53,623 bases of DNA from a virus (lineage: Duplodnaviria > Caudoviricetes): positions 1-53,623 of IMG/VR virus record IMGVR_UViG_3300044500_000026; one strand, 5' to 3'. Of this stretch, positions 27,328-36,020 are shown one piece after another. The notes beneath the pieces are model-generated. The model had not been told where the DNA came from. It saw nothing but the letters and a program-made list of their open reading frames with translations, and did no database searches. A program made the position numbers and the translations under genes. Position 1 is the stretch's first letter, and every line of letters starts with the position of its first letter.

Positions 27328-27675
27328 GTGATGGACTACCGGAACGAAGAGGGCGAACGACCTTTCCCAGAGCTTATGTTCTGTTGGACAATGAAGGAAG
27401 GTCAGCGTGTCCCTATTGAAGATCTTGATGATACGCACCTCATGAACATCCTTCGCCTGCTCAAGCGGAAGGCACCTCTGCTCCTTGAGCGAGAGCGAGA
27501 AGCTTGTGCCTCCTGCTCTTTCCAAGGGGAGATGGCCCAGATAGCGCACGATCAGGCTCAGCGAGAACTCGATGAGATGATTCCGATCGAGTTTCTCTTG
27601 GCTCAACCTATCTTCAGAGTATTGTGTATCGAAGCTATGACTCGTGGGCTCATCAAACGAGAACCCCTTGACTGA
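27328..27675 (+). CDS. Hypothetical protein
   Basis: WTMKEGQRVPIEDLDDTHLMNILRLL motif typical of small phage proteins. Confidence 0.6.
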   Translation: MMDYRNEEGERPFPELMFCWTMKEGQRVPIEDLDDTHLMNILRLLKRKAPLLLEREREACASCSFQGEMAQIAHDQAQRELDEMIPIEFLLAQPIFRVLCIEAMTRGLIKREPLD

Positions 27676-28303
27676 TTACCGGAACGAAGAGAGTGAGCAA
27701 AGAGAGATCCCCCGCACGCTATTCACTTCGAGCTTGAATCGGAGGGAGCATGTCTGGCATCCTCCCGATCTCATCCCACTCGCTAAAGCTTATCTCGATC
27801 GACGTAAGGTTACGCATGAAGCACGCGCACTCTTACCCATCAAAGCCCGTTCCCTGGGGGTTGGTGGCGTGGCCTTGGGGTTTGAGTGCGCGCCCTCTTA
27901 CTTCTACGAACGCAGGATCATCTCAAGTACTGAGCGAGGGAACGATTGGCTGCCCCCAGGACGTAAGTCCTACTTCCTCGCTCTGCGTCCTCTCTCCCCT
28001 TGCCTGGTCCTCGTGGAAGGTGTCTTCGATGCCATCCGGGTATGGGAGGCAGGTTTCACAGCCCTTGCCCTCCATGGACAAACGACCCGGTTCGGAGACA
28101 TCTCCACGATGGGCCTCCCTGTCATCGTCCTGTTCGACAAAGACGCTGTCCTCCAGGCAGAGCTAACTGCCCTCGAAGGAGCCTCCCTTGGGATCCTCAC
28201 CGTCCCCGCCTCCCACCGGCTCACGAAGAAAGATCCGGGGGAGACCTCTCCGGCCAAGCTACGAAGCATCCTCGAAGCCACACTGCGAGAAATGCCCACT
28301 TAG
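27668..28303 (+). CDS. TOPRIM DNA primase (no Zn-binding domain seen)
   Basis: YLDRRKV, LVLVEGVFDAI, ALHG, VLFDKDA (DxD), KDPGE; start likely TTG 27668 (alternatively GTG 27644). Confidence 0.8.
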   Translation: MTDYRNEESEQREIPRTLFTSSLNRREHVWHPPDLIPLAKAYLDRRKVTHEARALLPIKARSLGVGGVALGFECAPSYFYERRIISSTERGNDWLPPGRKSYFLALRPLSPCLVLVEGVFDAIRVWEAGFTALALHGQTTRFGDISTMGLPVIVLFDKDAVLQAELTALEGASLGILTVPASHRLTKKDPGETSPAKLRSILEATLREMPT

Positions 28304-30602
28304 CGCCTACGGCTCAGGGGTGGGCCTCCAGGGCTTCGTAGCCTCTGAGTTAAGGGCAGGCATGCCACTCCTGGTCGGAGAGGCTCCTGGGGCCTCTGAG
28401 GAGTCCACAGGGGCACCCTTCACCGGGGAGGCAGGGCAGAAGCTCTGGATGATCCTCGAGGACCTGGGGATCAAGAGGGAGAGTGTAAGTCTTACAAACG
28501 TGATCAAGTGCAGGCCCCCGAAGAATGACTTCGAGGCTGCTGGGGCCAAGGGGGTAGCTGCCTGCCTCCCTGCCTTCCTCCATGACCTGGAGGTTGCTCG
28601 TCCCCCCTTCGTGATAGCTCTCGGTGCTCGAGCTTCCAAGGCTCTGGTCAAGCCCTTGAAGAAGACGGTTCCTATTTCGCAGTTGAGAGGCCATGCCTTC
28701 GAGTCGATCCACCCTCAGCTGAAAGATGTCCTGGTCTACCCGACCTACCATCCCTCCTATCTCAACTATGCGAAGAGTGATTCCAATGTCTTGGATGCGC
28801 TCTATCAGGATCTCGAGAAAGCTTTCAATCGAGTGATGCCCGGTAAGCAGGTGTCCTTTACCTACGTCGATGAGGATTCGAAGAAGTACAAGACCTTGGT
28901 CTTGGATACGGAGAGTGTGCTTGGTCAAGCTGAAGCGATCCGATGCACAGGGTATTCAGAACCTTTGGGACCGATCAGGATCACCAAGGGACACCCACCT
29001 ATACCCTCTAAGAAACTCATCTGCCACTTCGCTCGGCATGATTACGTTGCCCTTAGACGAGCGGGCCTCATCCCTGAGGGTTGGCAAGGGGAGATCGAAG
29101 ATACGATCCTTCTTTGCCAGATGTTGGATGAGAACCGGGAAGACTATTCGCTAAAGAGCTTCGCTCAGGAGTTTGGATACTCGTTCTACTGGCGTGAGGT
29201 CCATAGCCAGTGGATCGAGAAGGTAGAGCCCGAGGACAGTATCCTCCATCCCTACTGTGCTACTGACGTAGCACTCACAAGGGATCTTTACATCTCGAGA
29301 AGAGCAACGCTTCACTACTTCCCCAAGATCATGCGGAACTATGAGTTCCTCTCAGCTCAGATCAAGCTCTTGGGGGAAGTCGAGCTGAATGGATTGGCTA
29401 TCCGTTCGGATGCGGTCAAGGCTCTACGCTCGCTCAAGAGTCGTATCCGAGAACGAGAGCGATGGATTCGAAGGACGTATGCACTCTCCCCGGAGGTCAA
29501 GGTCAGTGGGAAAGCAAAGGGTGAGATTCTCTTTGGTCGGCTTGGACTACCTGTGCTCAAGAAGACGAAGAAGCTCCAGGTCCCCAAAGCAGATAAGCAT
29601 GTCTTGGCTGAGCTGGCTCAGCTTGATACGACGGGAACGGCCAAGCGCTATCAGGTCCTTTCGCATATCAAGGCTCAAGAGAAGGATATCGGGAAGCTGG
29701 CTGTTGCCGCAGGAGGATTGCTTCATCCTAAGTTCAATCTTGGAGGCCGGGGATCAAAAGAATTAGCCCATGGCTCTTCTCCTGTCACTGGGCGTCTCTC
29801 TTCTCAAGAGCCCAACATGCAGAACGTTCCTGACTGGGCTCGGATCTATGTCATCTCGAGGTTCCCCAAGGGGAAGATCTTAAAGGTGGATGCGAAGCAG
29901 ATCGAGATGCGCGTAGCGTATGAGTACTCGAAGGATGACAAGCTGATCGTTGGAGATCCTCATCAGTCAATGACCGATACGTTGAATGCGATGGGGATCC
30001 TCGTTGAGAACCGTAAGCACAAGCTGAAGAGACTGACCTTTGTGAGAGACCAGGGGAAGACGACCAACTTCGCTGCTATCTATGGCGCAGAGGAACCGAT
30101 CTTGATGGAACGCTTGGGTATCCCCTACGACATCGCTCGAGAGGTGAGAGCGGGGATTCGTGAGCACTACCATGTGCATTTCGATTGGATCAAAGCGTTC
30201 ATCGAGGAGGGGAAGAAGACAGGTGAAGCCCATAGCCTCTCCGGGCATGTGCGTCGGCTTCCCCTCCTCAAGTACTCGGACAAGCATGCGATCAACCAGG
30301 CGGTAAACCATCCGATCCAGAACTTTGCGAACGTGTTAAACCTCTGTGCTGCTGCTCACTTCGGACCAAGGCTTTATGGAGTCCAGGGTCATGCTCTTTT
30401 GATCAATCTTGTGCACGATGAATGCGTCTACGACTGTGAGACGGAAGAAGTAGCGAAGGACATGGCAGGAGCGTTGACCTACTACTGGAAGCATGTGCTT
30501 CCAGGTGATGTGAAGCGTACCTTCGGCTACGAGCTTACGACCGAGTACCAGGTCGAAGTCTCGATCGGAGAGAACTGGGGAGAGACGGAGAAGGTGGCAT
30601 GA
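28188..30602 (+). CDS. polA: Family A DNA polymerase with N-terminal family-4 uracil-DNA glycosylase domain (SPO1-like architecture)
   Basis: UDG: CEKC, LVGEAPG, TNVIKCRPP, TYHPSY. Exonuclease: LDTE, YCATD. Polymerase: TGRLSS, DAKQIEMR (A), KTTNFAAIYG (B), VHDE (C). AAGGAG RBS 6 nt before the TTG start. Confidence 0.92.
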   Translation: MGSSPSPPPTGSRRKIRGRPLRPSYEASSKPHCEKCPLSAYGSGVGLQGFVASELRAGMPLLVGEAPGASEESTGAPFTGEAGQKLWMILEDLGIKRESVSLTNVIKCRPPKNDFEAAGAKGVAACLPAFLHDLEVARPPFVIALGARASKALVKPLKKTVPISQLRGHAFESIHPQLKDVLVYPTYHPSYLNYAKSDSNVLDALYQDLEKAFNRVMPGKQVSFTYVDEDSKKYKTLVLDTESVLGQAEAIRCTGYSEPLGPIRITKGHPPIPSKKLICHFARHDYVALRRAGLIPEGWQGEIEDTILLCQMLDENREDYSLKSFAQEFGYSFYWREVHSQWIEKVEPEDSILHPYCATDVALTRDLYISRRATLHYFPKIMRNYEFLSAQIKLLGEVELNGLAIRSDAVKALRSLKSRIRERERWIRRTYALSPEVKVSGKAKGEILFGRLGLPVLKKTKKLQVPKADKHVLAELAQLDTTGTAKRYQVLSHIKAQEKDIGKLAVAAGGLLHPKFNLGGRGSKELAHGSSPVTGRLSSQEPNMQNVPDWARIYVISRFPKGKILKVDAKQIEMRVAYEYSKDDKLIVGDPHQSMTDTLNAMGILVENRKHKLKRLTFVRDQGKTTNFAAIYGAEEPILMERLGIPYDIAREVRAGIREHYHVHFDWIKAFIEEGKKTGEAHSLSGHVRRLPLLKYSDKHAINQAVNHPIQNFANVLNLCAAAHFGPRLYGVQGHALLINLVHDECVYDCETEEVAKDMAGALTYYWKHVLPGDVKRTFGYELTTEYQVEVSIGENWGETEKVA

Positions 30603-30826
30603 AGAAACCAGCTGATGGAGCGAGAGTGCAAAGAATCTGCCCAAAATGTGGAAATGATTCTTTTGCTCGATGCTTATCTTGCGTCAACGTAGCTAGAAAG
30701 AATGAGCATGCTATCGCAGCAAAGATCATAAGAGGGCTGCTCATGCAAATAGATCCTCAAACAAGAGAGCACTCAGAGGAATGCCTGCTTGCTATCTCTT
30801 TCTTGGGAGAAGAATGGGATGGGTAA
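30599..30826 (+). CDS. Zn-ribbon micro-protein
   Basis: CPKC...CLSC; ATGA-coupled to the polymerase. Confidence 0.55.
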   Translation: MKKPADGARVQRICPKCGNDSFARCLSCVNVARKNEHAIAAKIIRGLLMQIDPQTREHSEECLLAISFLGEEWDG

Positions 30827-31094
30827 TGCGGGAGAAGATGACATGAACACTCCTCATGGTTGGGTTCGTCTCTCTTCTTTTGGGGGAAAATGGCATCGAG
30901 CCTCTTGTCATGGAACTCCTGCTTGCGGAGCACGCATCATGCGAGAAGCAGAGAGAGCACCTGTTCCTCCTATCCCCCAACAATCGAGTGGTGCATCTGT
31001 TTGTGTAGCATGCTTTCGTGTGGCTCTTGGTGTAGATAACTTGTGCTGTCGGTGCTCTCCTTCAGAGCCTGAAAAATCCTCAGATCCAGCTTGA
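30819..31094 (+). CDS. Cys/His-rich hypothetical protein
   Basis: KWH...ACG...CVAC pattern; start moved to ATG 30819. Confidence 0.45.
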   Translation: MGNAGEDDMNTPHGWVRLSSFGGKWHRASCHGTPACGARIMREAERAPVPPIPQQSSGASVCVACFRVALGVDNLCCRCSPSEPEKSSDPA

Positions 31095-31119
31095 CTCTGA
31101 GCGGATCTCGTGCTACCCT
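31091..31119 (+). promoter_or_regulatory. Putative sigma70-type promoter for the SSB operon
   Basis: TTGACT-17nt-TACCCT with extended -10 TG. Confidence 0.55.
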
Positions 31120-31220
31120 CGATCTGTTGGTTTTGTGAAGTATATATACAGATAGGGGTTAACACTTTTAGCCGCAAAAACAGGGGTAAAGAGCACACAC
31201 GCAGAAGGAGCACGAATCCC

Positions 31221-32114
31221 TTGGCTACGAAGAAGAAGACACCCACTACTGGGTCGGATGCCCCCACCGGGCATAGGTTGAACCGAGCGAAGATCCTCGA
31301 CGACATCCGGAAGAACAAGAGCTACCGAGGTGGCTCTGGGTCGGATCGTAAGGCCCTCTTCGATGTGAAGCTTCCCTGCAAGGTCTGGGTCTTGCCAGAC
31401 ATCCGTCCTCGAGGTCCTGAGAACGATCCCCTTCCCTACCTCTCCCTCACCGTCCATTGGCTTGATCGTACCACCAAGGATGGGAGGAAGTACCGCTCAG
31501 GCATCACCTGCTTCGATGCTCTCGTAGACGATGAGCCTGGGGCCTACCAACGCTTCCTCAAGGATGGGCTCATCAAGGATGAGCGCTGTGCCATCTGTGA
31601 GCTGATGGATGCCTATGATGAGAAGGAGTTCCCTCAAGATACCTATGGGAAGCCGAAGATCGCACCAGTAGCGCGTTGGCACTTCCAGGTCTTGAAAGAA
31701 GAGCAGTTCTCTCGTGGGGACGACCATCCGATCAAGGTGCTCTCGGCTGGGGCTACGGGCAGAGATAACTTCATGGCTCTCGTGGGTGATGAAGATGTCG
31801 CAGGTGCTTCCAAGTTCGAGACCGAGGGGATGTATACCTCCTGGGAGAAGACGGACAAGGCGTGGAGAGTGACTCCACTTACTCCCAAGAAGATCTGGCT
31901 TCCTGATTGGCAGAAGAAGCTCTTGGATCTGGAGATCATCACTCCGGTCTTTCTCGAGCGTGAGCAGATCATCCAAGATCTGATCGAGAACCTGCCTCAG
32001 TTCTCGGTATCCAAGTTCTTTAACCTGAATGGTGCTCCGGTGAAGAAGGTGAAGGAGCCGGCACCGGGTAAGGCGATGCCCCCAAGGAACAAGAAGAAGC
32101 TTGTGACGCCATGA
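31221..32114 (+). CDS. gp32-like single-stranded DNA-binding protein
   Basis: VWVLP...PY...VHW...TCF...CAIC (H/C/C/C Zn-ligand pattern); AAGGAG RBS before TTG 31221. Confidence 0.6.
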   Translation: MATKKKTPTTGSDAPTGHRLNRAKILDDIRKNKSYRGGSGSDRKALFDVKLPCKVWVLPDIRPRGPENDPLPYLSLTVHWLDRTTKDGRKYRSGITCFDALVDDEPGAYQRFLKDGLIKDERCAICELMDAYDEKEFPQDTYGKPKIAPVARWHFQVLKEEQFSRGDDHPIKVLSAGATGRDNFMALVGDEDVAGASKFETEGMYTSWEKTDKAWRVTPLTPKKIWLPDWQKKLLDLEIITPVFLEREQIIQDLIENLPQFSVSKFFNLNGAPVKKVKEPAPGKAMPPRNKKKLVTP

Positions 32115-32551
32115 AGCAACGCTTCCTCCTCACTCTCCTCATAGGCTTCCTCGCCTCTCTCTTCCTCATGGGTGGGAAGTACTCTGCCAAGAGGTTCTGC
32201 TCCCCGCTCGTCTATGGACCCGCAGGCAGAGCTTTCTCCGAGGAGTACTCCCAGGATCAGTTCAACGAGTGGGCGATGGAAGTAGGGCACTCAGGAGTCG
32301 GTCTCTACGATCGCATCCTCTGCCTCGATATGCGCCGAGAAGACAAGGACGTCTCTCGCATCATCAGGATGAGACCGAATGGTCTCAGTCCCGATACGCT
32401 TTGGTTTGCAGCGATTCTCCCCGAGCGTTGGACCGCTGGAGAGAAGTCCTACGTCTGTGTGGTGCGGGGGGTGGAGGTTCCTACGTCCGTCCATGTTGTT
32501 TTGGTGGATGGATCTTCGTTCGATCAACCCGTCGAGAGGAAAAGGAAATGA
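32111..32551 (+). CDS. Exported/membrane-anchored protein
   Basis: MKQRFLLTLLIGFLASLFLMGG signal-like N-terminus. Confidence 0.6.
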   Translation: MKQRFLLTLLIGFLASLFLMGGKYSAKRFCSPLVYGPAGRAFSEEYSQDQFNEWAMEVGHSGVGLYDRILCLDMRREDKDVSRIIRMRPNGLSPDTLWFAAILPERWTAGEKSYVCVVRGVEVPTSVHVVLVDGSSFDQPVERKRK

Positions 32552-32817
32552 AGCGCTTCTTCCTCGGTGGGCTTGTGGCCTTGTGCATCGCAGTCCCTAG
32601 TTGGGGAGCATGCATCAACGTCCAAGCAGGTGATTGGGATGATTGTGGGGTGCATCGTCGGCCTGGGAGTGAGCCTGGGAGCTGGTGTGGAGATGCGATG
32701 GGAAGTGGGGGAGGCTCTCATGGCTCGAGCTGGCGACTAGTCAACATCGAAGAGCGGTTTGCCAAGGTCAAGGCGTCCTTGGAGCATTTCTTCGCCAAGC
32801 CGACCTACGGTGACTAG
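32548..32817 (+). CDS. Small secreted Cys-containing protein
   Basis: Start moved to ATG 32548: MKRFFLGGLVALCIAVPSWG signal peptide, then ACINVQAGDWDDC...WC. Confidence 0.6.
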   Translation: MKRFFLGGLVALCIAVPSWGACINVQAGDWDDCGVHRRPGSEPGSWCGDAMGSGGGSHGSSWRLVNIEERFAKVKASLEHFFAKPTYGD

Positions 32818-32826
32818 GAGAGAACC

Positions 32827-32916
32827 ATGACGCTTCTGACGCTGTTCGTAGCCTGCATCCCTACGATGCTCAACCAGTGGGCTCTCCACGATATCTTCTG
32901 GTTTCTCTGGCGATAG
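32827..32916 (+). CDS. 29-aa hydrophobic peptide
   Basis: AGGAG RBS; MTLLTLFVACIPTMLNQWALHDIFWFLWR. Confidence 0.45.
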   Translation: MTLLTLFVACIPTMLNQWALHDIFWFLWR

Positions 32917-32920
32917 TCTC

Positions 32921-33033
32921 TTAGGCGCTGCTTCGACGTGACAGCTCCATGGGTGCGGCGCTGAGAAGCACGGAGCCTCGCTTAAGGGGATTACGGGGTT
33001 CTCCCATGGGGACCTCAAAGAAGTAGCGCCTAA
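32921..33033 (+). ncRNA. Candidate structured RNA element A
   Basis: 14-bp closing stem ttaggcgctgcttc / gaagtagcgcctaa (one G-U), inner ctccatggg / cccatgggg stem, gct-GAGA-agc hairpin. Confidence 0.5.
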
Positions 33034-33040
33034 CCTTTCT

Positions 33041-33110
33041 CTCTCAGAGCTGCGCCTGACGAGACTGCATTCCTCACGGGGGCAGGAGATCGTCGGAACG
33101 GCTCTGAGAG
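33041..33110 (+). ncRNA. Candidate structured RNA element B
   Basis: 12-bp closing stem ctctcagagctg / cggctctgagag (one G-U), inner ctgacga / tcgtcgg and ctgc / gcag stems. Confidence 0.5.
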
Positions 33111-33134
33111 TTCTCCCTCTTAGAAAGAACCTTC

Positions 33135-33341
33135 ATGAAGTGGAATGGTATGCAGGAGGCACCTGGTGCCTTTCAACACGAGAAGCTCTCCGTAGGATTC
33201 TCCATGTCTCCTGAGTGGATTCCTCTGCCCTTAGATCTGACTCCAGAGGGTACATGGGAGCTTCGTCAGCTTATGAAGGTGGCGAAGTCGAAGGGGCTCA
33301 GGATCCGAGCGATCCTGGTCGAGCCGTTGGAGAAGGTGTGA
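33135..33341 (+). CDS. Hypothetical protein
   Basis: 68 aa; GTGA-coupled to the exonuclease gene. Confidence 0.5.
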   Translation: MKWNGMQEAPGAFQHEKLSVGFSMSPEWIPLPLDLTPEGTWELRQLMKVAKSKGLRIRAILVEPLEKV

Positions 33342-34177
33342 TCACTCCGCTCTCTGAGGGCATTCGCCAGTCCCACTTGAACCTTGCTCACCGCTGCATG
33401 CGGCAGCTCTGGTTCTATCTCTACAAGGGACCAGCGAAGCCTAACTATTACAAAGCTCTTGGGACCGCTGGACATGCATCCATCGAGCATGGCATGCGGC
33501 ACAAGCAGACCTTTGGCGATCTGCCTCCCGAGGGCGATCTCCTGGATGTCTTCACGACTCGCTTCAATGAGGAGCTGGAAGAGTGTGAACGAGGGGGCAG
33601 AGTGGATCCTGTCGAGCTCCGCGATCGGATGACGGGGAGCCGGGGCAAGGGAGGCACTCTTCCCCTCTTCTTTCGCCAAGAGGCTCAACGTCTGGTGCCA
33701 CTGCTCATCGAAGAGAGCTTCAAGATGAAGATCCCTGGTACCAAGATACCGTTGACTGGAACGGTAGACCTGGTGCATGACGAACAGGGGGGCAGCGGGG
33801 AGCTGATTGATTTCAAGTTCCGTCCTGGGGCCAGGCTTCCTTCCCAGAATGACGTGAACCAGAACTTTCAGCTCCCCGTTTACCGGATGGCTATCCAAGC
33901 AACGAAGAAGATCCAGATCACGAAGCTTTCTCAAATACAGCTCCGCTGTAACCCCAGGAACTCTCCTGAAGTGGTCCCCATGGAGCAGATGGTCGAAGAA
34001 GGGCATCTCACAGAGGAATCTCTCCTGAGCGAGTTCCGAGGGATTGTCAGGTTTGTCGAGAAGGCGAAGGGAGACCCCGAGCTTTACCCCATGACCGAGC
34101 CTTCTTCCTGGTGGTGTAGCAAAGACTGGTGTGGGTACGCACCCCGCTGTCCAAGGTTTGGAGGGAACCACCAATGA
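33338..34177 (+). CDS. PD-(D/E)XK exonuclease, Cas4/AddB-like with probable Fe-S cluster
   Basis: Start moved to GTG 33338; N-terminal Cys (RCMRQ), GTAGH, GTVDLV, LIDFK, QLPVY, C-terminal CSKDWCGYAPRC. Confidence 0.85.
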   Translation: MITPLSEGIRQSHLNLAHRCMRQLWFYLYKGPAKPNYYKALGTAGHASIEHGMRHKQTFGDLPPEGDLLDVFTTRFNEELEECERGGRVDPVELRDRMTGSRGKGGTLPLFFRQEAQRLVPLLIEESFKMKIPGTKIPLTGTVDLVHDEQGGSGELIDFKFRPGARLPSQNDVNQNFQLPVYRMAIQATKKIQITKLSQIQLRCNPRNSPEVVPMEQMVEEGHLTEESLLSEFRGIVRFVEKAKGDPELYPMTEPSSWWCSKDWCGYAPRCPRFGGNHQ

Positions 34178-34413
34178 TGATCGAGCTCTCTCGAACGATC
34201 GGCAAGTTCGTAGAGGCTTACCAGATCATCGATGTTAAGGCTCTCCGTCGTCAGCAGCTGGCGGCCTTCGCTCTCGATCTCAAGATGAGGTTTGGATTCT
34301 CGATTGCCGAGGTCAAGCGGATGGTGCGTAAGTTAGACGAAGAGTACGAGCAGGAGCGTTACGAGCGGAAACTCAACCTGTGGGCGAAGAACGTTCTTCG
34401 CTACCGAGTTTAG
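34174..34413 (+). CDS. Hypothetical protein
   Basis: Start ATG 34174, GGAGG RBS. Confidence 0.55.
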   Translation: MMIELSRTIGKFVEAYQIIDVKALRRQQLAAFALDLKMRFGFSIAEVKRMVRKLDEEYEQERYERKLNLWAKNVLRYRV

Positions 34414-34422
34414 GAGGTTCTG

Positions 34423-34632
34423 ATGAGTCGAGTCGTCTGTAGCAACTGCGAGATCCGCTTCACCTCGGATCTCCTTCAACCCTGTCCCTCGTGTATGCAG
34501 CCACTCTGTAGGAACTGCTTCCCAGAGCATGTGGCTTCGCATCGTATCGTCGAGGCTCCCTCCCAGAAGTTCGAGAAGCATCCCAAGAAGAAGAAGGAGG
34601 ACGAGGAGCGTGGATCGCTCTCTGACGCCTGA
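34423..34632 (+). CDS. Zinc-finger micro-protein
   Basis: CSNC...CPSC...CRNC...H...H; AGGAGG RBS. Confidence 0.6.
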   Translation: MSRVVCSNCEIRFTSDLLQPCPSCMQPLCRNCFPEHVASHRIVEAPSQKFEKHPKKKKEDEERGSLSDA

Positions 34633-34793
34633 AGAAGAAGATGTCTTGAGGCCCTTACTAAGAAACATTCTGGATAGACGACTCCTCTCTCAATTCAACG
34701 TGGACGACATGGTACCCATCAGCTTGAGCACTGCTGACACGATGGTTCTCGAAAGATTGAACTCAGACCTTTACCTGGGAGGGAGTACGTCCG

Positions 34794-36020
34794 GTGCTCA
34801 CGTTCGAGCAGGAGCTACTCAGTCAGCTAAGAAGGCGTACGGTGTGGAGCCGCGTCCATCCCTTAGAGCCCGTGGTCAAGCTCGGGAGGAATGGAAACCA
34901 CCGCCACCGGGATCTGTCCGTCTCCTCCATGGTCGAAAGCGTCTTGAAGACGACTGAGGCCAGGCAGGTCTATCGCGGTATGAAACTCTTTTTTGCTGAG
35001 CCGGGGGGTAACGCGGTTTTGGAGAAAACAGTGCTTACACGATTGGCACTGCCTTTCGCCGAAGACGCGGGACTACTGCGAAAGCAGATCGGGAACCTGA
35101 CGGAGCCTCTGGACGAGGGAGTAGGCACTAGCCTCGTGCTCGAGATCCTGACCAAGTTCCTGATCCAGGCTCAGCATGAAGGTCTATTGCAAACGTTGAA
35201 GAACGGGGGACCGAAGGTGGAGCATCTCGAGCGCAATGCTCGGGATCTCGACCGCCTCAGAGGTGTCCTTTGGGGGGCCACACTGACCGGGGAGGTCCCC
35301 CGTTCTCTTATGCCGCTTGCTGACTTCACCCCACGATCGGATGAACCAGGGGACAGGCTTCCAACCCATCTCCATTCGGAGCTAGATAGATCTCTTGGCG
35401 GGGGTCTTCGACGGAAGGAAGTCGGTCTCCTGGTGGCTCCCTCGAACCATGGGAAGACAGCGAGCTTGCTGCGTATGGCTACCCTCTCTGCTCAAGCTGG
35501 GCTCAAGGTCTTCTACATGTCCTTCGAGATCTATCTAGAACAGATCCATGCTCGGGTGAAGACGATGGTGAAGAAGATACCCAAGACCTTGATCGCTGAA
35601 GAGTACGACTCGGACTCCATGACGGCAGAGCAGGTAGCAGCCGTAGCTACTAAGGTAAAGCCTGATGTCTTGCTCGTGGACTACCTGGATCTCTTACGCT
35701 TCGATGCTCTTGACTTGGTACAGGCTCAGGGTGCAGGCATACGGCAGTTGAGAAACTTTGCGAGGAAGAACGAGGCCGTGGTCTGGACCGCAGCTCAAGC
35801 AGACGAGCCCTATGAGGAGCAGATGTATCTCAAAAGAGATCAGCTCTATGGCTCTCGGCAGAAGATGCACGCTACCGACGTAGCGATAGGCGCTCTCTAC
35901 TTACCTCGAAGGCAGGTACAAACCTTCGTCTTCTGGAAGACAAGGCACGCTCGGATGGGACTTACCTTCAGTCACTCAGCTGACTTCGTGGCGATGAAGT
36001 TCAAGGAGTTGAATGTCTAA
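34794..36020 (+). CDS. DnaB-like (SF4) replicative helicase
   Basis: LDRSLGGGL, Walker A APSNHGKT, YMSFE, LLVDYLDLL, VWTAAQ, KTRH. Confidence 0.88.
   Translation: MLTFEQELLSQLRRRTVWSRVHPLEPVVKLGRNGNHRHRDLSVSSMVESVLKTTEARQVYRGMKLFFAEPGGNAVLEKTVLTRLALPFAEDAGLLRKQIGNLTEPLDEGVGTSLVLEILTKFLIQAQHEGLLQTLKNGGPKVEHLERNARDLDRLRGVLWGATLTGEVPRSLMPLADFTPRSDEPGDRLPTHLHSELDRSLGGGLRRKEVGLLVAPSNHGKTASLLRMATLSAQAGLKVFYMSFEIYLEQIHARVKTMVKKIPKTLIAEEYDSDSMTAEQVAAVATKVKPDVLLVDYLDLLRFDALDLVQAQGAGIRQLRNFARKNEAVVWTAAQADEPYEEQMYLKRDQLYGSRQKMHATDVAIGALYLPRRQVQTFVFWKTRHARMGLTFSHSADFVAMKFKELNV

Noticed and set aside
33056-33098. CTGACGAG resembling the hammerhead ribozyme core CUGANGA
   Set aside because: No correctly placed GAAA and stem II; the segment instead pairs with tcgtcgg inside hairpin B
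33338-34177. Cas4-like nuclease as evidence of a CRISPR system
   Set aside because: No repeat-spacer array or other cas genes seen; solo Cas4/AddB-like exonucleases are common in phage replication modules
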